Part shown: piece by piece, positions 12,659 through 22,093 of the stretch
Numbering within the stretch: the first letter of the stretch is position 1
Layout: every line of letters starts with the position of its first letter
Source of the DNA: Verrucomicrobiota bacterium
GTDB taxonomy: Bacteria > Verrucomicrobiota > Verrucomicrobiia > Chthoniobacterales > JAFAMB01
Length of the DNA: 35,821 nt
Assembly: GCA_019235445.1 (NCBI GenBank)
Contig: JAFAKL010000391.1
Coordinates: 1-35,821, forward strand
Direction of reading: 5' to 3'
Notes under the pieces: generated by a model
Told to the model about the DNA's origin: nothing
What the model saw: the letters and a program-made list of their open reading frames with translations, nothing else
Databases searched by the model: none
Made by a program: the position numbers and the translations under genes

Positions 12659-13546
12659 TCATTGTAATTTGAGGTGTCCTGCCAATGCGTAGGCAAGTTC
12701 CCGGTGGACTTGTTCGGGCCATTCACCCAATTGGGGTCCCAGCCGGTCGCACAATTCCCCGAGGTTGTCGGTCCCGGCCGATCGCACCAGGATTTCCGCA
12801 CGTTCAACGAACTCGCGAGTCTCTCGACAGAACTCGGCGATTTCCGATCCCTTCTTTAGGGGCCAGTGACAGCTGACGTAAAGGTCGATATCCAGATGTT
12901 CAATGAACTGGCTGGTAAGAAGATAAGTCTCCGGATAGAGGTAGGTCGGACATAAGGTGGGCTGACCTTCGAGGCTTCGATAGAGAGCACCTTGAATTGC
13001 GTCTCCGCCCAACAAAGTACGGTGTTTGTGATCAAGAATCCCAAGGTGGCCTTTGCTATGGCCGGGAAGGGAAAGGATTTCCAGATCCCAATCCGGGCCC
13101 AAGCGAAGGCGCTCTCCTCCGCGAAACGTAAGTTCGACCGGTTGAGCTTCGCCGAGATCCTTCAAAATACCGCTTTTAACATCTTCAGGATAAAACACGC
13201 CATGCGGTCTGTAGGCATCGTACCTCGTAGCGAAAAGTGTTTCCGGATGGTCAATCTGAGATCGGTCCGCATCGCCACAGCAAAGGGTGGCTCTTGGAGA
13301 CCAACGCTTCATTCCCGCGTTTCCACCCACATGATCTGAATCGGGATGAGTGTTTACGATGTAGCGTAACTGCTCGGGCCGAAATTGCAGCCGCTCGAGC
13401 GCCGGCAGAATAAGGTCGTTGACGTGGTATGAGCAGCCGGTATCGAGCAGGAGGCTGGCCCACTCGCCGACCAGCAACGGCAGATAGATCGGTCGCTTTC
13501 CGACGGCGCCATCCAGGAGATAGACGGAATCGAAGAGTTGAATCAT
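12659..13546 (-). CDS. Metallo-beta-lactamase-fold hydrolase
   Basis: 295 aa with LLDTG, THPDSDHVGG (HxDxDH variant), LPGHSKGH, GDA and SCH motifs. Co-oriented with and upstream of the dgoD-like gene. Confidence 0.85.
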   Translation of the reverse strand: MIQLFDSVYLLDGAVGKRPIYLPLLVGEWASLLLDTGCSYHVNDLILPALERLQFRPEQLRYIVNTHPDSDHVGGNAGMKRWSPRATLCCGDADRSQIDHPETLFATRYDAYRPHGVFYPEDVKSGILKDLGEAQPVELTFRGGERLRLGPDWDLEILSLPGHSKGHLGILDHKHRTLLGGDAIQGALYRSLEGQPTLCPTYLYPETYLLTSQFIEHLDIDLYVSCHWPLKKGSEIAEFCRETREFVERAEILVRSAGTDNLGELCDRLGPQLGEWPEQVHRELAYALAGHLKLQ

Positions 13547-13726
13547 TTCGGCCCTTCCGAAGGCTCCGAGATCCCTCTAAATACAGTGTTAAGCGACAAT
13601 GTTTGCATTCCACGACGTTATGCTTGACGTTAAGAAAAATGGCAAGCCTTAACAAGATCCGCGCGGGCGATCGCTCAATTGTTAGCCGCTTAACTAAGAT
13701 TGCGCTAGTAGCACAAGCTCCCTATC

Positions 13727-16207
13727 TTAATCTAAAAGATCGCGGACCTTTTTCGCCAATGCGTGGATGGTGAAGGGTTTTTGCAGGAACGCAACTTCGG
13801 CGTTAAATACACCGTGACGTACCACGATATCGTCTGTATGGCCACTCTGAAAGAGTACCTTTATACCCGGGTCGCGGCCCCCAATCGCTTCGACCAACTC
13901 CCGACCGCTCAGTCCCGGCATAACCACATCGGTTAAGAGCAGATCGATCTTCGCTCGGGTACTACTTACCAGATTTAATGCCTCCTCCGCATCGGAGGCT
14001 TGTACCACCTGGTAACCCAGGGATTCTAAAAGCAAAGCCGTAACTTCACGAACGGAAGCCTCGTCTTCGACTAACAGGATAGTTTCATTGCCTTTAACCG
14101 GCTTAGAGGATGGCTTGAGCGCCAATCCTTCCGAGGACCCTGCGAATGCGGGTAAGTAGATGGTGAATGTGGTGCCGACCTCCGGTCGGCTTTCCACGGT
14201 CAGGTGCCCCCCGCATTGCTTGACGATACCGTCCACGACCGAAAGGCCAAGTCCCGTGCTGTCTTTTTTCGTGCTAAAGAAAGGCTCAAAGATTTGCCCC
14301 TGTATTCCCGGCGTCATGCCGCACCCGGTGTCTGTGACAGCCAAGCGCACGTAACCCCCCGGCCGCCGTTCCAGGCGGATACTTGGGAAAGCGGCTTCGA
14401 ACTCTACATTGCGTGCTTCGATCAATATCTCACCGCCCTGGGGCATGGCGTCGCGGGAGTTCAGAGCTAGGTTCATTAAAATCTGATTGATTTGCCCGGG
14501 GTCGACCTTCACTCGGCGCAGACCAGGCGATACAATCATTGTCAAGCGCACGTCCTCACCGATAAGTCGACGCAAAAGACTCTGTGATTCGGTCATCACC
14601 GACCCCAAGTCCAAAACCCTGGGCTCAACCACTTGTCTGCGTCCGAAAGCCAGCAATTGCGTGGTCAAAGCGGCGGCTCGCTCAGCGGCCTGGTTGATCT
14701 CAGCAACCGATGCTCGCAGTCGTTCTGGCGACGGGGAAGATGATGCAAGTAGCTCGCTGTGACCGAAGATGATCGAAAGCAGGTTGTTAAAGTCGTGAGC
14801 CACCCCGCCTGCCAACCTCCCTATGGCCTCCATCTTTTGCGACTGCTGCAGCTGCGTCTCAAGCCGACGCTTTTCGGTAATGTCCTCCGCCACGCCCGCA
14901 AGCCGAATCACCAGACCCGCAGCGTCGCGCACAGGAAATGCCCGGTCGCGAATCCATCGCTCGGAAAAATCTGGCCGAACGATGCGGTATTCGAGCTCAT
15001 AGGGAACGCCCGCCTGCGCCTGGAGGGTAGCAAGAACCTGCGGGCGATCGTCCGGATGGATGGCGTCAAGAAAAGATTGAGGTTGTTCCATCAGGCTTGT
15101 ACAGGTGCGGCCCCAAATCGTTTCGTAAGCGGGACTAATGTATAGCACCTCTTTTTTGGCCAAATCGGTCATCCAGAAGACTTCGCTGATGTTTTCCGCC
15201 AACTGGCGGAAACGCTCTTCGCTTTCGCGCAAATTCATCTCTGCCCATTTGCTCTGGATACCCAACGCCAGTGAGTCAGCAATGGCCGCTAGCGTCCTGA
15301 TCGTCGCTTCAGGCAATTCCTTGCGGGTAAAGACTGCCATAACACCCACCAACCGCTCTTCGACGATTAACGGGTAGCCCGCAAATGCCGCGACGCCTTC
15401 GCGCCGCGCCCAATCATGTTCTCGCCTGCTCAGCTCACTTTCGATCGCATGGGTTCGATAAGGCCTAAGTACTGTCGCGATGTGCCCAACGATTGCCAGG
15501 CCAGGCTCAACTCCTTGCGGGAGCATCTCTGGAGCGGCGCTAGCTCGCAGCTCCAAAGCAGTGCGGTTGCGCTCCTTCACGCTCCAGATGCGCGCCAAAG
15601 CAGCGTCGAGCTGCTTCACCATCGACTCAGCGCATGATTGAAGCATCTCACCTAAGCCACAGCGGCGCGTCAAGGCCACGCCTACCGCGCCTGCTAACTC
15701 CGCTAGCCGGCTCTTCTCGTTAAGTTCAAAATTCTTATTCGCCAGCTCGTCGACTAAAGGCTGGCTGTATTCATGTAACACATCCAATTCCGCATGGGCC
15801 GCGTTGCGCCGGGGCGGCCCGGTCCGGGCGCGGGCTCTGTCAACCGTCGTGCGTAGGGTGCCTAAAATAGTGCCTCCGGAGGATGGCTTGCGCAGGTAGG
15901 CATCCGCCCCCAGATCAAGCGCCAGCTTCTCGTCCTTTCGGGAGCAATAAATCGCGGTGTAACAGATAAAAGGTATTTTGTCCCAGCGGTTATCCCGGCG
16001 GATCTCCCGGCAAAGCCTGAAACCGTCCAAATTGGGCATAAGCAGGTCGGAGATTATGGCGTCCACCGGACCGTCCTTCAAAACCTCAAGAGCTTGGTGG
16101 CCATCTCCGGCGACAAGAACCGCATGACCTTCGGCTTCCAGGACTGCGCGCAGAAGCTTGCAGCTGGAGGCGTTGTCGTCCGCGATCAGAATTTTAATAG
16201 GAACCAT
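13727..16207 (-). CDS. Hybrid histidine kinase: REC-GAF-PAS-HisKA-HATPase-REC
   Basis: ATG at 16207 (MVPIKILIADDN; the ORF track extends to 16225). N-terminal REC ISDLLMPNLDG, GAF FAGYPLIVEERLVGVMAVF, PAS YISPAYETIWG, H-box LAGGVAHDFNNLL, N-box MNLALNSRDAM and C-terminal REC LTDVVMPGLSG. Confidence 0.93.
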   Translation of the reverse strand: MVPIKILIADDNASSCKLLRAVLEAEGHAVLVAGDGHQALEVLKDGPVDAIISDLLMPNLDGFRLCREIRRDNRWDKIPFICYTAIYCSRKDEKLALDLGADAYLRKPSSGGTILGTLRTTVDRARARTGPPRRNAAHAELDVLHEYSQPLVDELANKNFELNEKSRLAELAGAVGVALTRRCGLGEMLQSCAESMVKQLDAALARIWSVKERNRTALELRASAAPEMLPQGVEPGLAIVGHIATVLRPYRTHAIESELSRREHDWARREGVAAFAGYPLIVEERLVGVMAVFTRKELPEATIRTLAAIADSLALGIQSKWAEMNLRESEERFRQLAENISEVFWMTDLAKKEVLYISPAYETIWGRTCTSLMEQPQSFLDAIHPDDRPQVLATLQAQAGVPYELEYRIVRPDFSERWIRDRAFPVRDAAGLVIRLAGVAEDITEKRRLETQLQQSQKMEAIGRLAGGVAHDFNNLLSIIFGHSELLASSSPSPERLRASVAEINQAAERAAALTTQLLAFGRRQVVEPRVLDLGSVMTESQSLLRRLIGEDVRLTMIVSPGLRRVKVDPGQINQILMNLALNSRDAMPQGGEILIEARNVEFEAAFPSIRLERRPGGYVRLAVTDTGCGMTPGIQGQIFEPFFSTKKDSTGLGLSVVDGIVKQCGGHLTVESRPEVGTTFTIYLPAFAGSSEGLALKPSSKPVKGNETILLVEDEASVREVTALLLESLGYQVVQASDAEEALNLVSSTRAKIDLLLTDVVMPGLSGRELVEAIGGRDPGIKVLFQSGHTDDIVVRHGVFNAEVAFLQKPFTIHALAKKVRDLLD

Positions 16208-16551
16208 AATCAATATATATAACACTCTTCCAATAGCTCACGAGGTGCAACCACCTTAAACTCAAAATTCCGAAATAGCGCCGGAACCGTGACTTGGGGA
16301 GGAAAAGACGCTTGGTTACTGAAAGTGGTAATTCCACAAATCGTTGATCGTCAACATCTTACGTCACAAACTGATGAGACGGGGCACTAGTTCCTGGAGA
16401 TTCAGCCAGCGTACTTGCGACTTGGCAAGCGCCACGGCGAAGGCTAACCTGATCGTATCAGTGCATGGATTGACATTCTCTGGATCACTGCGGGCCTGGG
16501 ATGCCAAGGGTGAGTCTCATTGGCGCCCAAGTTAAGGTATAACAGAAAAGA

Positions 16552-17808
16552 TTGCGGGAAGTGATAGATTCGGAAATTCCTCCTGAAGACGCTATTGCCG
16601 CGCTCGTCGCGTTGGCCAACTCGTTCCTGCCCAGGTCAAACCTTTCAAGACTCTCTGCTCCTCCGACGGGCGCAGAAACAAAGGCGAGCAGCGCCCTCAC
16701 TCAAGAGCATTACCGACTCCTGATTGATCAACTTCCGGTGGCCACTTTCATGGCGTGGTTTAAAAACGGGCGCTGCGAGCTTTACGTAAGCTCCTACATT
16801 GAGACGCTGCTAGGATACACAGCGGCCGAATGGTCCGAAAATCCGATACTCTGGTATCAACGGCTGCACCCCGATGACCGGCAACGGTGGAACGAGGAAT
16901 TCGCATGGACGGTCGCATCTGCGCAGCCATTCCGGGGCGACTACCGATTCCTCGCCAGGGACGGCCGCCTTGTTTGGATTCACGGCGAAGTAAAGGTAAT
17001 CTATGACGAAACGGGCCTGCCTTTTATGCACGGCATAGGCTATGACATTACCGAACTAAAACTCATCGAAGATGGCTTGCGTGAGTCGCGCGAAGAAGCG
17101 CAGCGTGCCAGCCGCGCTAAGAGCGAATTCCTTACCCGTGCCAGTCATGAGTTGAGGACACCCCTCAACATTATCATGGGCTTCGCCGAATTCTTGCTTG
17201 AGGTCCAGTTGGATCCTCTTGACCCCAAACGCGAGGAGTACCTCCAGGAGATCTATAGTAGCGGCAAACAGCTGCTCGGATTGATCGATGACCTCCTTGA
17301 TCTGGCACAAGTCGAGGCAGGTAAGATGGATTTGAGGCTCGACAAATTCTTCGTTGGGGTGGCCGTAGAGAACGTCTGTGCCGGAGCCAAGACTGTTGCT
17401 CTCAAGCGCAAAATCAACATCGACGTCGCTGTTTCGCCAGAGATCGGGGAAGTTACTCTCGACCAGCAAAAGTTTAAGCAGATCCTCTACAACCTGCTAT
17501 CCAACGCCATTAAATTTACCGAGGCGGGGGGCCTGGTGACAATCCGCGTTCTGCCCCAAGACGCCCAGCACTTTAAGTTGGTGGTCAAGGACAATGGCAT
17601 CGGGATCAAATCAGAGGACATGCCACGGCTCTTCCAGTATTTTGAACAGCTGGACTGCGGCCCCTCACGGCGTTACGAGGGTTCTGGCTTAGGTTTGGCT
17701 CTCACGAAAGGGTTGGCCGAACTCCAGGGCGGAACCATCTCGATCGACAGCCATCACGGGGTCGGCACAACGGTTTCGGTTGTGCTTCCCAAACAGATTC
17801 CGGATTGA
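16552..17808 (+). CDS. Cytoplasmic PAS histidine kinase (no receiver domain)
   Basis: PAS_3-like LHPDDRQR...WIHGE...GYDITE, H-box ASHELRTPLN, N-box YNLLSNAIKFT, DNGIGI and GSGLGL. The start codon is uncertain (TTG 16552 or GTG 16561). Confidence 0.88.
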   Translation: MREVIDSEIPPEDAIAALVALANSFLPRSNLSRLSAPPTGAETKASSALTQEHYRLLIDQLPVATFMAWFKNGRCELYVSSYIETLLGYTAAEWSENPILWYQRLHPDDRQRWNEEFAWTVASAQPFRGDYRFLARDGRLVWIHGEVKVIYDETGLPFMHGIGYDITELKLIEDGLRESREEAQRASRAKSEFLTRASHELRTPLNIIMGFAEFLLEVQLDPLDPKREEYLQEIYSSGKQLLGLIDDLLDLAQVEAGKMDLRLDKFFVGVAVENVCAGAKTVALKRKINIDVAVSPEIGEVTLDQQKFKQILYNLLSNAIKFTEAGGLVTIRVLPQDAQHFKLVVKDNGIGIKSEDMPRLFQYFEQLDCGPSRRYEGSGLGLALTKGLAELQGGTISIDSHHGVGTTVSVVLPKQIPD

Positions 17809-17813
17809 TGGTA

Positions 17814-18497
17814 TCAGCCAAAGATCGAGGGGCCGCAATCGAGCAGCGCTGGGTCGAGTTCCCGCTCCATCGCATCGAACATCTGGTCAACGAAATCGGT
17901 CAACGCATCGGAGGCGGCCATCGCCGCATTGATACGGCGACTGCTAATCGCATCGAGCACAGCAAGGTGGCAGTCGATGGTCGGTTCAAAGTCAGCGCCG
18001 CTCTGGACCTGGGTGTGGTAAATCCAACCGATCCGTCGAAAAATGGTGTGCAACGGCCGAAGCGTGTGCTCGAGAAATGTCTCTCCGGCAGCGTTCAGGA
18101 TGATCTGGTCTATCCGCTGGTCGAAAAGATTGAAGTCGGAGATAGTCATTTTTTCGCGCTGATCCCGCAGAGCACGAGTGAGATGGATGATCTGATTGCG
18201 GTGAGAGGGCCCGGCGTGCTCAGCCGCGAGTCGAACCACGAAACGCTCTATGTCGCGCCTCAGCTGCAACAGGACGCGCTCTCGGGTAAGATCGATTGGC
18301 GCGATCTGGAGTCCATGTCGCGGGCGAACAACGATCAGCGTATCGGCCGCCAGCCGGCTGACTGCCTGATGCACTGGTGTTCGCCCGAACCCGGTCATTT
18401 CTTGCAAATCCTGCAGGGCGAGAAAGCTTCCGGGCTTGAGTTCGCACCTGACGATCAGATCTTCGATTCGCTCGCAGGCGAGATCGAAAAGGTTCAC
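17814..18497 (-). CDS. GntR/FadR-family transcriptional regulator
   Basis: Winged-HTH pattern IEDLIVRCELKPG...GFGRTPVHQAVSRLAADTLIVVRPRHG plus an FCD-like C-terminus (HLAVLDAI). The true start may lie upstream (see findings). Confidence 0.85.
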   Translation of the reverse strand: MNLFDLACERIEDLIVRCELKPGSFLALQDLQEMTGFGRTPVHQAVSRLAADTLIVVRPRHGLQIAPIDLTRERVLLQLRRDIERFVVRLAAEHAGPSHRNQIIHLTRALRDQREKMTISDFNLFDQRIDQIILNAAGETFLEHTLRPLHTIFRRIGWIYHTQVQSGADFEPTIDCHLAVLDAISSRRINAAMAASDALTDFVDQMFDAMERELDPALLDCGPSIFG

Positions 18498-18673
18498 TCG
18501 ATTACGCCGGAGCGATGGCGGCGAGGCGTTCTCTGCAACACGGCGGCTCTGTTGCGACTGTTTCCGGCGCGCTTTGGGCGGCTTTCCTTTGTTCGACGTT
18601 CTGGCATGCTCAACTTCAACTCTCGTTGCCAGGCTGGGTTTGCCACTTTAATTAAACAGGTTGGATGGCATTT

Positions 18674-19873
18674 TTAGAGGGAGCTCCTACGAACATGGAG
18701 GTCTGAACGTTTAAAAACGGCAGGCTGGAGATCGAGGCACAGACCGACTCCTTCCATGGGATAGACAAACCCGCCCTCGATCTGCGGAACGGCTGTGACA
18801 AGTTCCCGATACCAGCCGGTGTAGAAAGCGCGGACCGACTCTTGGATCAGAGTATTGGGTTGGCTGAACGATGCGTGGACCCCAGCGGCGAATCCGACCG
18901 GACCGGTGCAATCATGAGGCGCGAATGGCCGATGCCACGTTTCTGCCAAGGCCGCGATCTTGCGACCTTCGGTCAGCCCTCCGGTCCAGCATAGATCCAC
19001 CATGGCGACATGAATGGCGTCGCGCTCGAAAAACTCCTTATACGCCCATCGAGAGCCGAGCGTTTCGCTGGCGTAGACCCAGACGTCCGTCGAGCTGGCG
19101 TATTCGGCCAGTGATTGGGGTGAGTTCATCCGGATCGGGTCCTCGAACCAGGCAGGGGTGTAGGGCGCCAGTGCTTTGGCGATCTTTTTGGCCGTGGGCA
19201 GATTCCACAGACTGTGAAATTCGACCATGATTTCCATACGATCGCCCACCGCGTGGCGAATCTTTTCGAAAGGCGCGATTCCTGCCTTCATCTGTTCGGC
19301 GGTGATATGCAGGCCGCCGGTTTCTTGCGCTGCCGGATCAAATGGCCAGATTTTCATGGCCGTAATTCCTTCCTCGAGGAGGTTCTCAGCTAATACGTCC
19401 GCCCGGTTCATAAAGGCAAAGAGGTCTTCATACGGGCCTTCCTGCTCAGAATAATTCCAGGTGTCGACCGGACGGATGTTTCTCCCGCGAACGTAACGAT
19501 ATCCAGCGCAAGTGTTGTAGACCCGCACCTTGTCGTGGCAGAGCCCGCCGAGCAGTTGATGAACTGGCTGGCTGGCGACTTTCCCGAACAAGTCCCACAG
19601 GGCGAGATCGATAGCGGAGGCGGCACGATATTCCACCCCGGTCGAGGACTGGGCTACCGGCAGATTTACCAACTCCCTATTAAGGCGCTCGATCTGCAAC
19701 GGATCGTGCTCGAGGAGGCGTTCTGCCAGCGTTTCATGAATATGGGCCTCCACCGCTGCGGCGCCATAGAAGGTCTCACCGAGACCAATGATCCCGGCGT
19801 CGGTGCAGACTCTTACCCACAAGAGGTTGTAGAACTGGTCGAGCCTTATCGTTTCCAGGGAGGTGATCTTCAT
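18674..19873 (-). CDS. Mandelate racemase/muconate lactonizing enzyme family protein (probable acid-sugar dehydratase)
   Basis: 399 aa with GIIGLGET, SAIDLALWDLFGK, AMKIWPFD, EFHS, EDP, ASE, PHDC and QE motifs. Confidence 0.9.
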   Translation of the reverse strand: MKITSLETIRLDQFYNLLWVRVCTDAGIIGLGETFYGAAAVEAHIHETLAERLLEHDPLQIERLNRELVNLPVAQSSTGVEYRAASAIDLALWDLFGKVASQPVHQLLGGLCHDKVRVYNTCAGYRYVRGRNIRPVDTWNYSEQEGPYEDLFAFMNRADVLAENLLEEGITAMKIWPFDPAAQETGGLHITAEQMKAGIAPFEKIRHAVGDRMEIMVEFHSLWNLPTAKKIAKALAPYTPAWFEDPIRMNSPQSLAEYASSTDVWVYASETLGSRWAYKEFFERDAIHVAMVDLCWTGGLTEGRKIAALAETWHRPFAPHDCTGPVGFAAGVHASFSQPNTLIQESVRAFYTGWYRELVTAVPQIEGGFVYPMEGVGLCLDLQPAVFKRSDLHVRRSSL

Positions 19874-19930
19874 AAGGGGGACTGGGGCCGCTCACGATTT
19901 TATCCATGTTTTTGCTTGCGGCGCAAAAAA

Positions 19931-19949
19931 ATATATCACGATATATCAC
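19931..19949. promoter_or_regulatory. Candidate GntR operator in the divergent promoter region
   Basis: Direct repeat ATATATCAC twice at 10-bp period (19931, 19941), containing the palindrome GATATATC. It lies in the 114-bp gap between the divergent enolase and ABC genes. Confidence 0.6.
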
Positions 19950-19987
19950 CTAGATTTTTCGGCCGCTCCCCTCAAAGCGATTCGATC

Positions 19988-20956
19988 ATGAGCTCCCCAG
20001 ACCGCTTCTCCCACGCGCTCCGATTCCTCCACCATCTAGGGGCCGTCTGGATTGCTGTGATCCTGCTTTACGTCGTCTCGGGACTGATTTCTCCAGGTAT
20101 GTTTCAGGTCAGTCAGGCCCTGAACATCTTGCAGATCGCCGCCTTTCTCGGGATTGTGGCCATCGGACAGACTCTGGCTCTGTTGGTCGGCGGTATCGAT
20201 CTCTCCGTGGCCGGAGTTGTCACCATGTCCAACATCGTTGTCACCAGCCTCATGGTAGGCCGGTCTGAAACCATGGTACCGGCCCTCTTAATTTCTCTTC
20301 TCCTGGCCGCGGCTGTTGGATTTATCAATGGATCACTAATCACCCTGGCCCGCGTGACGCCGCTGGTGGCTACCTTAGGAACGAATTCGATCCTTTTCGG
20401 CGCCGCCTTAGTGTACACCGGCGGTGCGCCCCATGGGTCGATCTCGCCGGGGTTCGCGGTCTTTGGGCAGGGGCATCTCCTGGGCTTGCCGGTCAGCACG
20501 ATCTGCTGGCTGACCATCGGCGTGGCGATGGCTTGGGTGACACGCCAGACCACCTTCGGGCGCAGACTTTATGCGGTCGGAGCGAATCCGGCCGCCGCCC
20601 GACTGATGGGGATTCCCGTTTCTGCTATATTAATTTCTACCTACGTTCTGAGTAGTGTGATGGCCTGCCTGGGAGGACTCTTGCTTACTTCCTACATCGG
20701 TTCGCCTAGTCTCGGAATCGGGGATCAATTCCTGCTGACATCGGTCGCTGCCGTAGTGGTTGGCGGAACCGCCTTAAGCGGCGGGTTGGGCAGCGTCCTC
20801 GGAACAATCGGAGGCGCCATCTTTATTACCGAACTTAATAGTTTTACTAACATCGTGCGCGTCTCGACAGGCACCCAATTTGTCCTTCAAGGCGCAGTCA
20901 TAGCTTTGAGCGTCTTGATATACCACCTGGTCGGCAGCAAAAGAATCAGCAGTTAA
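19988..20956 (+). CDS. Sugar ABC transporter permease (RbsC-like)
   Basis: ATG at 19988 (the ORF-track extension to 19535 overlaps the opposite-strand gene). Motifs GGIDLSV, FGRRLYAVGANPAAARLMGI and SVAAVVVGGTALSGG; multiple TM helices. Confidence 0.9.
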   Translation: MSSPDRFSHALRFLHHLGAVWIAVILLYVVSGLISPGMFQVSQALNILQIAAFLGIVAIGQTLALLVGGIDLSVAGVVTMSNIVVTSLMVGRSETMVPALLISLLLAAAVGFINGSLITLARVTPLVATLGTNSILFGAALVYTGGAPHGSISPGFAVFGQGHLLGLPVSTICWLTIGVAMAWVTRQTTFGRRLYAVGANPAAARLMGIPVSAILISTYVLSSVMACLGGLLLTSYIGSPSLGIGDQFLLTSVAAVVVGGTALSGGLGSVLGTIGGAIFITELNSFTNIVRVSTGTQFVLQGAVIALSVLIYHLVGSKRISS

Positions 20957-20983
20957 CAAACCCCAACAAACAGAGATCGAATT

Positions 20984-22093
20984 ATGGCAATCAAAAAAAA
21001 TGTCTATGTGGTGACCCGGCGGCAGGCTATCCGCCTGAGCGCGGGCGCGCTTGGATTTGCGGCGTTCTCCCGAGTCTTCCCGGCGTACGGAGCGGATGCG
21101 ATCAGCAGTGCCAAAATCACCGCAGCCGGTGAAACAGTGAGCGGTAGCAAATACAAGAAAAAGGGTCCGTATCGAATTGGTTTCAGCAACGGGTTTTCCG
21201 GCAACACTTGGCGAACGGAAATGTTGCATTCGATGAAACAGGAAGCCTCCCAGCACCAGGATCTGGCTGATTTAATTATTGTCGACGGGCAGGGCGATAT
21301 TTCCAAACAGGTCAACGACGTCGAGAATCTCATCTCCCAGAATGTTGACGCGATCCTATGTATTGCGAACTCCAGTTCGGCGGTGGCGCCCGTGCTACGC
21401 GATGTCACCAAGCAGGGGGTCGTGACCATCCCGTTTAACCTGCCCGTGGAAGGCGAAGCTTGGACGGCCTATATCGGCACCGATCCAGAGAAAAAAGGGT
21501 TCACTCTCGGAAAATGGCTGCGACAGGCATCGGGTGACTCCGGGAAGATCGTGGCCTTAGGTGGACTACCAGGTAACTCCTATACGGCCAGCGCATGGGC
21601 CGGCGCGCAGAAGGCGTTCGAGGGTGGCCAAATCCAGGTCCTGGCCTTTCGGGACGCCTACTGGGAGGAAGATCGAGCCAAAGTTGTCATGGCGGACCTG
21701 ATCGCCGCCTATCCGCAAATCGACGGCGTTTGGTGTGACGGTTCTCAGGACGCCGCCGGCGCGATGAAGGCCTTGCTGGCGGCTAAAAGGCCTTTAGTAC
21801 CGGTGACCGGAGACGATTACAATGGGCTGTTGAAGCTTTATCAGGAACAGAGCGGCAACTATCCGAAATTCAAAATTGGACTCTTGTCCGAACCAACTTG
21901 GGAAGGTGTCGTCGCGCTACGGACAACCCTCAAGTTGCTGAACGGCGAGGATGTTCCCAAACGCCAGATCATTGAGCCCCGACTTATTACTTCGGAAAAT
22001 TATAAGGACTATATCCGCCCGGGCTTGCCTGATGGAGTCTTTGTCGATACGGATTTGTCAGATGACGAGCTGAAAACGTTGTTCAAATCGTGA
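20984..22093 (+). CDS. Sugar ABC transporter substrate-binding protein with Tat signal
   Basis: Twin-arginine leader TRRQAI. Periplasmic binding protein type 1 motifs IGFSNGFSGNTWR and QVNDVENLISQNVDAI. Confidence 0.9.
   Translation: MAIKKNVYVVTRRQAIRLSAGALGFAAFSRVFPAYGADAISSAKITAAGETVSGSKYKKKGPYRIGFSNGFSGNTWRTEMLHSMKQEASQHQDLADLIIVDGQGDISKQVNDVENLISQNVDAILCIANSSSAVAPVLRDVTKQGVVTIPFNLPVEGEAWTAYIGTDPEKKGFTLGKWLRQASGDSGKIVALGGLPGNSYTASAWAGAQKAFEGGQIQVLAFRDAYWEEDRAKVVMADLIAAYPQIDGVWCDGSQDAAGAMKALLAAKRPLVPVTGDDYNGLLKLYQEQSGNYPKFKIGLLSEPTWEGVVALRTTLKLLNGEDVPKRQIIEPRLITSENYKDYIRPGLPDGVFVDTDLSDDELKTLFKS

Noticed and set aside
12659-13546. MBL-fold gene as an antibiotic-resistance beta-lactamase
   Set aside because: It has no signal peptide, a variant metal motif and a metabolic gene context.
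13614-13632. GACGTTA direct repeat upstream of the MBL gene
   Set aside because: It is short and could be an operator, but nothing ties it to a regulator and chance is not excluded.
16343-16355. GTTGA-TCG-TCAAC palindrome between the divergent kinases (FNR-like)
   Set aside because: The spacing and right arm do not fit TTGAT-N4-ATCAA.
19535-19987. 151-aa N-terminal extension of the ABC permease in the ORF track
   Set aside because: It overlaps the opposite-strand enolase and the operator region. Permease-like sequence starts at ATG 19988.
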